Notes under the pieces: generated by a model
What the model was told of the DNA's origin: nothing
The model's input: only the letters and a program-made list of their open reading frames with translations
The model's database searches: none
From: an uncultured bacterium
GTDB lineage: Bacteria; Muiribacteriota; UBA6191; JACPRK01
DNA: 37,196 nucleotides
Reading direction: 5' to 3'
Assembly: GCA_964610245.1 (NCBI GenBank)
Contig: CAZSVK010000002.1
Location: forward strand, 1-37,196
Shown here: positions 35,001 to 37,196 of the stretch, piece after piece
Position numbering within the stretch: position 1 is the first letter of the stretch
Layout: every line of letters begins with the position of its first letter
Translations under genes and position numbers: made by a program

Positions 35001-36892
35001 CGGGCCGCCAGCCGATCCCGGAGCAGGCGGGGTTGATCTCGCATGGCCTTGCCAAGGTTGTTCTCGGCCGAGATCCGGACCGACATGTACGAGAGCAGCG
35101 AATTGAACTCGTGGACGCTCGCGCGGAGCCCGATCAGCATCAGATCGCCGATCTCGAGGTAGTCGTAGAGCGTGAACTCCGGGCTGAACTCGGCCGTCGC
35201 CAGGTAGGGCAACACCCGGATGGGTGGGCGGCCCGCGCGCGAGTGCGGCACGGTCTGCATCGTCGGCGGGAGCCCGCTCAACTGCTGGTCGGCCTTGACC
35301 GGATAGCCGCGGAAGGTCTCGGCCATCAGGTCGCCCAGGAGCAGCGCAACCAGGAGCCACCAGAGGGTCCGCTCTTTCAGCTTTCCTCGAGCCGTGAGCC
35401 AGAGCAGGAGCTGGCAGGCCATCGCCAGACCGAGCGCGCCCAGCAGGGACGAGGTCCAGCCGGCGAGGAGAGTGCCGATGAACTCGTCCACCGCGCCCGC
35501 GAGATGGGCGCCGTGCTGGGCCAGGAAGAGCCTGGGCCAGGTCTGCCCTCCGAACTGGATAACTCCCAGGATCGCCGCCAGCACGCCGATTCCGAGCCAG
35601 AGCCCCCGCCGGAAGCCGGTCAGGCATGGGCGCACACCTGCCACCAGGCCGTGAAAGCCGAGCGAGCCGGCCAGCGTGAGGCCAAAGGCGGCCAGGAGCA
35701 TGTACTTCGCCGGGAAGCGGAACCGGCTCAGGCCGGGCACCACGCCGACGAACCAGGCGAAGACTGGAGTGCGGTAGCCGAGCGAGAGGAGGATGCCGGC
35801 GAGGCTGACCGCCAGGGCGATCGCCGCGGTGCGGCCGAAGCGCGGCGCGTCACTGGCGCACGACACCTCGCCCGGGCCGTCCGGGCCTCGCCGGGGCCGT
35901 AGCCTCCATCCCAGCGCCACGAGGGCCAGCAGCAGGAAAGGCAGCCCCCAGTACAGGTCGAGGTAGAACGGCAGCGCGCCCTCGTGGAAGCTGGTGAAGA
36001 AGTAGGGACTGCCCGGCTCGGGAAAGGGCGCCGGGATCGCGAGGTTGTAGAGGTTCCGGGGGTTGACGTCGTAGGAAGCTATCTCCTGGATTCGCAGCCC
36101 CTCTCCGCGATCGGAGCGGGTCACCAGCTGACCCAGCGGCAGGTACTGGTAGGCCAGCAGCAGCAGCGCCAGAACGCCCGCGGCGCAGCAGCCAGGCATC
36201 GCCCGCCAGCCGCCGAGGCGACCTGGCCAGGGCCTCAGCCATCCCGCCAGCAGCAGCCACCCGCCGGTGAACAGGACGTACTGCGGATCGGTTCCGCTTC
36301 CCTGGACTGCCAGGACGAGCGCGGTCCCCAGCAAGGCTCGACGGCTGCCCGTCTCGACATATCGATCGAAGACGAGCAGGGCCAGCGGCAGCCAGGTCAG
36401 CCCTCGCAGCAGCGTGGTCAGGTCGGCCGCGGAGCTGATCGTGAAGCCGCAGAACATCAGGCAACCGCCGCCCAGGAGCGAGGCGGCCCGCGACAGGCGC
36501 CAGCGCCGCAGCAGCGCGACCATGAACCACCCGGCCAGCACCACGTGGGCGACCACGAAGAGGTTGTAGGCCCGCGGAAACGGGAACAGCAGCAGGATGA
36601 GCGTGGGCGGGTAGAACACCGCGGAGTGCGGGTCCGCCTGGAACGGGTACCCCATCGTGATGAGCGGTTCCCACAGCGGCAGCTCGCCGGACAGCCAGGC
36701 GCGCGCCGTCATCACGGCGTCGGGGTAGTAGAACCAGAGCGTGTTCAGGAAGTAGAACGTCTTCCCGCCGAACAGCACCGGCCAGAAGAAGAGCGTCGCG
36801 GCCACGCCCAGCGCGCCCAGCAACGGCCCGTCGCGTTTTCCCCAGGGAGCCGGCCGAGACGCATGCTCCGATTCGTGGTTGGTTTCATCCAT
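32003..36892 (-). CDS. Bipartite 1630-aa ORF: a YfhO-family polytopic membrane glycosyltransferase-like half fused in frame to a PilX-N-like anchored ~820-aa secreted half
   Basis: YfhO-like: FYFLNTLWFYYPDAVMTARAWLSGELPLWEPLITMGYPFQADPHSAVFYPP ... LLDSWYPGWKARVDGHERPIHQVDGLFRGVEVAAGEHRLQMTYEPWPFRVGAVLSLL. Then RQRRGLALPILVAIIFLLATLVLAFS ... ALTAAEAGLN (34250-34423), which looks like a PilX N-terminal domain. No stop separates them. ATG 36892 is preferred over the listed TTG 36919. Confidence 0.75.
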   Translation of the reverse strand: MDETNHESEHASRPAPWGKRDGPLLGALGVAATLFFWPVLFGGKTFYFLNTLWFYYPDAVMTARAWLSGELPLWEPLITMGYPFQADPHSAVFYPPTLILLLFPFPRAYNLFVVAHVVLAGWFMVALLRRWRLSRAASLLGGGCLMFCGFTISSAADLTTLLRGLTWLPLALLVFDRYVETGSRRALLGTALVLAVQGSGTDPQYVLFTGGWLLLAGWLRPWPGRLGGWRAMPGCCAAGVLALLLLAYQYLPLGQLVTRSDRGEGLRIQEIASYDVNPRNLYNLAIPAPFPEPGSPYFFTSFHEGALPFYLDLYWGLPFLLLALVALGWRLRPRRGPDGPGEVSCASDAPRFGRTAAIALAVSLAGILLSLGYRTPVFAWFVGVVPGLSRFRFPAKYMLLAAFGLTLAGSLGFHGLVAGVRPCLTGFRRGLWLGIGVLAAILGVIQFGGQTWPRLFLAQHGAHLAGAVDEFIGTLLAGWTSSLLGALGLAMACQLLLWLTARGKLKERTLWWLLVALLLGDLMAETFRGYPVKADQQLSGLPPTMQTVPHSRAGRPPIRVLPYLATAEFSPEFTLYDYLEIGDLMLIGLRASVHEFNSLLSYMSVRISAENNLGKAMRDQPRLLRDRLAARIGAEFVLRSETRDEEYGGGTVIDRVGPVVVRRLDRVTPRAFIAGRAVPSAPGELPTSATLLAIPDEVRYEPAPDSAPGELKPANVRRCEVTEYGRHRVAIEFELAGRGLLVLLDSWYPGWKARVDGHERPIHQVDGLFRGVEVAAGEHRLQMTYEPWPFRVGAVLSLLTLLWTLGAMAWPWGRGLLPPRSRQRRGLALPILVAIIFLLATLVLAFSTYSSSRVRATGAVLNSFSALTAAEAGLNCTLLEMRNSQGWLTHELELDAAGDFVWKEALSRPVRLAGDSEIDVANTTKGSYTGRVGHGVFGAEFAVRVGRVPIDDDPATPSVDEATRFVRIESLGKKKDPGKRLDRHTRISVIAEVSNFTEYVIYDGEKVVLGMGSPNDSHHSNVFTDGRLYGGQTVRLGNVSPNGTIQRFLNLDCLRSGGPLMFADSYQVTFQKPKTLQGRPVELGPENDSAGPSGLETASGNVLDGQHGGALSLPRLEPQFYRKQAAAGGVDVSGLPTRKEYMHDYPGELPDDVIELDFGRGGYEGGPTPPDDANALGRDYPADFNGLIYSSKPLTIWGNPDRDVTIYCEADIFVSGDLNCHPAHRKNYKPKYQMPDGSAIDGTPYYQYRTEDVEKYLDGTTGDLVAPAERERVAMALISMGRVWFDQRHPTRCLGNELKGLVKLEMLTRILGDETKAHEWVRYPDASPVPTCSPIPSTDILQPGANGASELVPALQSYFGQGGSSNAGDNLWVTTASYDVIRGSFSAALADGDLTREELDGTPSTTGVADVVIQRLAADEPQYAAFRPPAPDPDLKDLTPPQLGSFTAPQRLYNLVYDEKAATLSGHPPAGKYSDQEGTVTTMMDDELFMPQMDLVSMVFVGAKVNDDPSSSDDPKNGNRHFDYLGNARSARVHYLTTIRGLEELKAGSLQNILTPMIQRFVGSEIRMAQVANHPPQLKVGHYWPPMRRRIYDATLAVRPPPLLPQTVEIRTWEQSGATEADFQEFTGN

Positions 36893-36940
36893 CTCGGCGG
36901 CCCCGTTGCGGGCCGACAAGGTACCCGCAAGCGCGAGGCG

Positions 36941-36949
36941 ATTGTAACA
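36941..36949 (-). promoter_or_regulatory. Extended -10 promoter candidate TGTTACAAT upstream of the giant ORF
   Basis: The minus strand reads TGT-TACAAT (reverse complement of ATTGTAACA, 36941-36949), about 20-50 nt upstream of the TTG 36919 / ATG 36892 starts. It is the only AT-rich hexamer in this intergenic stretch, and there is no convincing -35. Confidence 0.3.
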
Positions 36950-36991
36950 TGGCCTTCAATGACCGGGAGCGTGTCACAGGAAGGGCCCCAC

Positions 36992-37170
36992 CTGGGGGCC
37001 CTGCCCCCAGCCCCCCGCCAGGGTGGGAGCCCCACCCTGGACCCGGCGATGGCAGCAAGCCTCGGCCATGCTCCTCGAGGGCTGCCGAGCAAGACCAACT
37101 CACGCCAGCCATTGCCGGGTGCAGGGGAGTGCTACTCCCCTGCTGGGGTTCGGGGCAAAGCCCCGCGGGG
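36992..37170 (+). repeat. GC-hairpin intergenic element, copy C (same orientation as B, more diverged core)
   Basis: Hairpins at 36992-37010, 37018-37040, 37121-37143 and 37151-37165. Shared block CCCTGGACCCGGCGATG (37034-37050) as in copy B. It may continue to or past the window end. Confidence 0.75.
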
Positions 37171-37196
37171 CGCTGCAGACCGGTCGGCGCCGTGAT

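Noticed and set aside
32939-35902. 987-aa plus-strand ORF antisense to the giant YfhO/PilX-like ORF
   Set aside because: The composition is R/G/A/E/P-rich with no hydrophobic helices. The minus frame shows YfhO family hallmarks at both ends of its first half.

Overview
Very GC-rich (about two-thirds G+C by eye, not computed) bacterial chromosomal window of 37,196 bp, densely coding on both strands. I can support 24 protein-coding genes or gene fragments. I found no rRNA, tRNA, CRISPR array, transposase or integrase. The content is centred on the cell envelope. On the + strand, 3-2981 holds two tandem ABC-2-type permease paralogues with large C-terminal domains. A minus-strand block (3026-15529) holds a GT-C-like membrane glycosyltransferase, a weak transglutaminase-like ORF whose frame runs into it, a 989-aa TPR membrane protein, a methylcrotonyl-CoA-carboxylase-type carboxyltransferase, and a 1740-aa secreted M6 (InhA-like) metalloprotease with many Ig-like repeats. 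Next come a small ORF translationally coupled to methylmalonyl-CoA epimerase, and a PrsW-family protease divergent from a 301-aa orphan. A degenerate Ser/Thr-kinase / 4xPEGA / FGE-like protein lies directly downstream of an ECF CbiM-PDGLE-CbiQ-CbiO metal transporter. The + strand then carries holB-like, lpxB, msbA, a divergent second lpxB and a DHCW cupin (24299-30066). The window ends with an orphan secreted protein, a truncated Uma2 nuclease remnant, and a 1630-aa ORF that joins a YfhO-like glycosyltransferase to a PilX-N-like secreted protein. The most unusual signal I can see directly is non-coding. A family of GC-hairpin elements (about 50 to 230 bp) occupies four intergenic regions (16.6, 18.6, 24.0 and 37.0 kb), and its stems differ between copies by pairing-preserving double substitutions. 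The LPS genes imply a diderm. The kinase-PEGA-FGE and YfhO/PilX architectures are reminiscent of Planctomycetota-like lineages, but that is inference only. The long antisense ORFs in the track are treated as GC-driven shadow frames.
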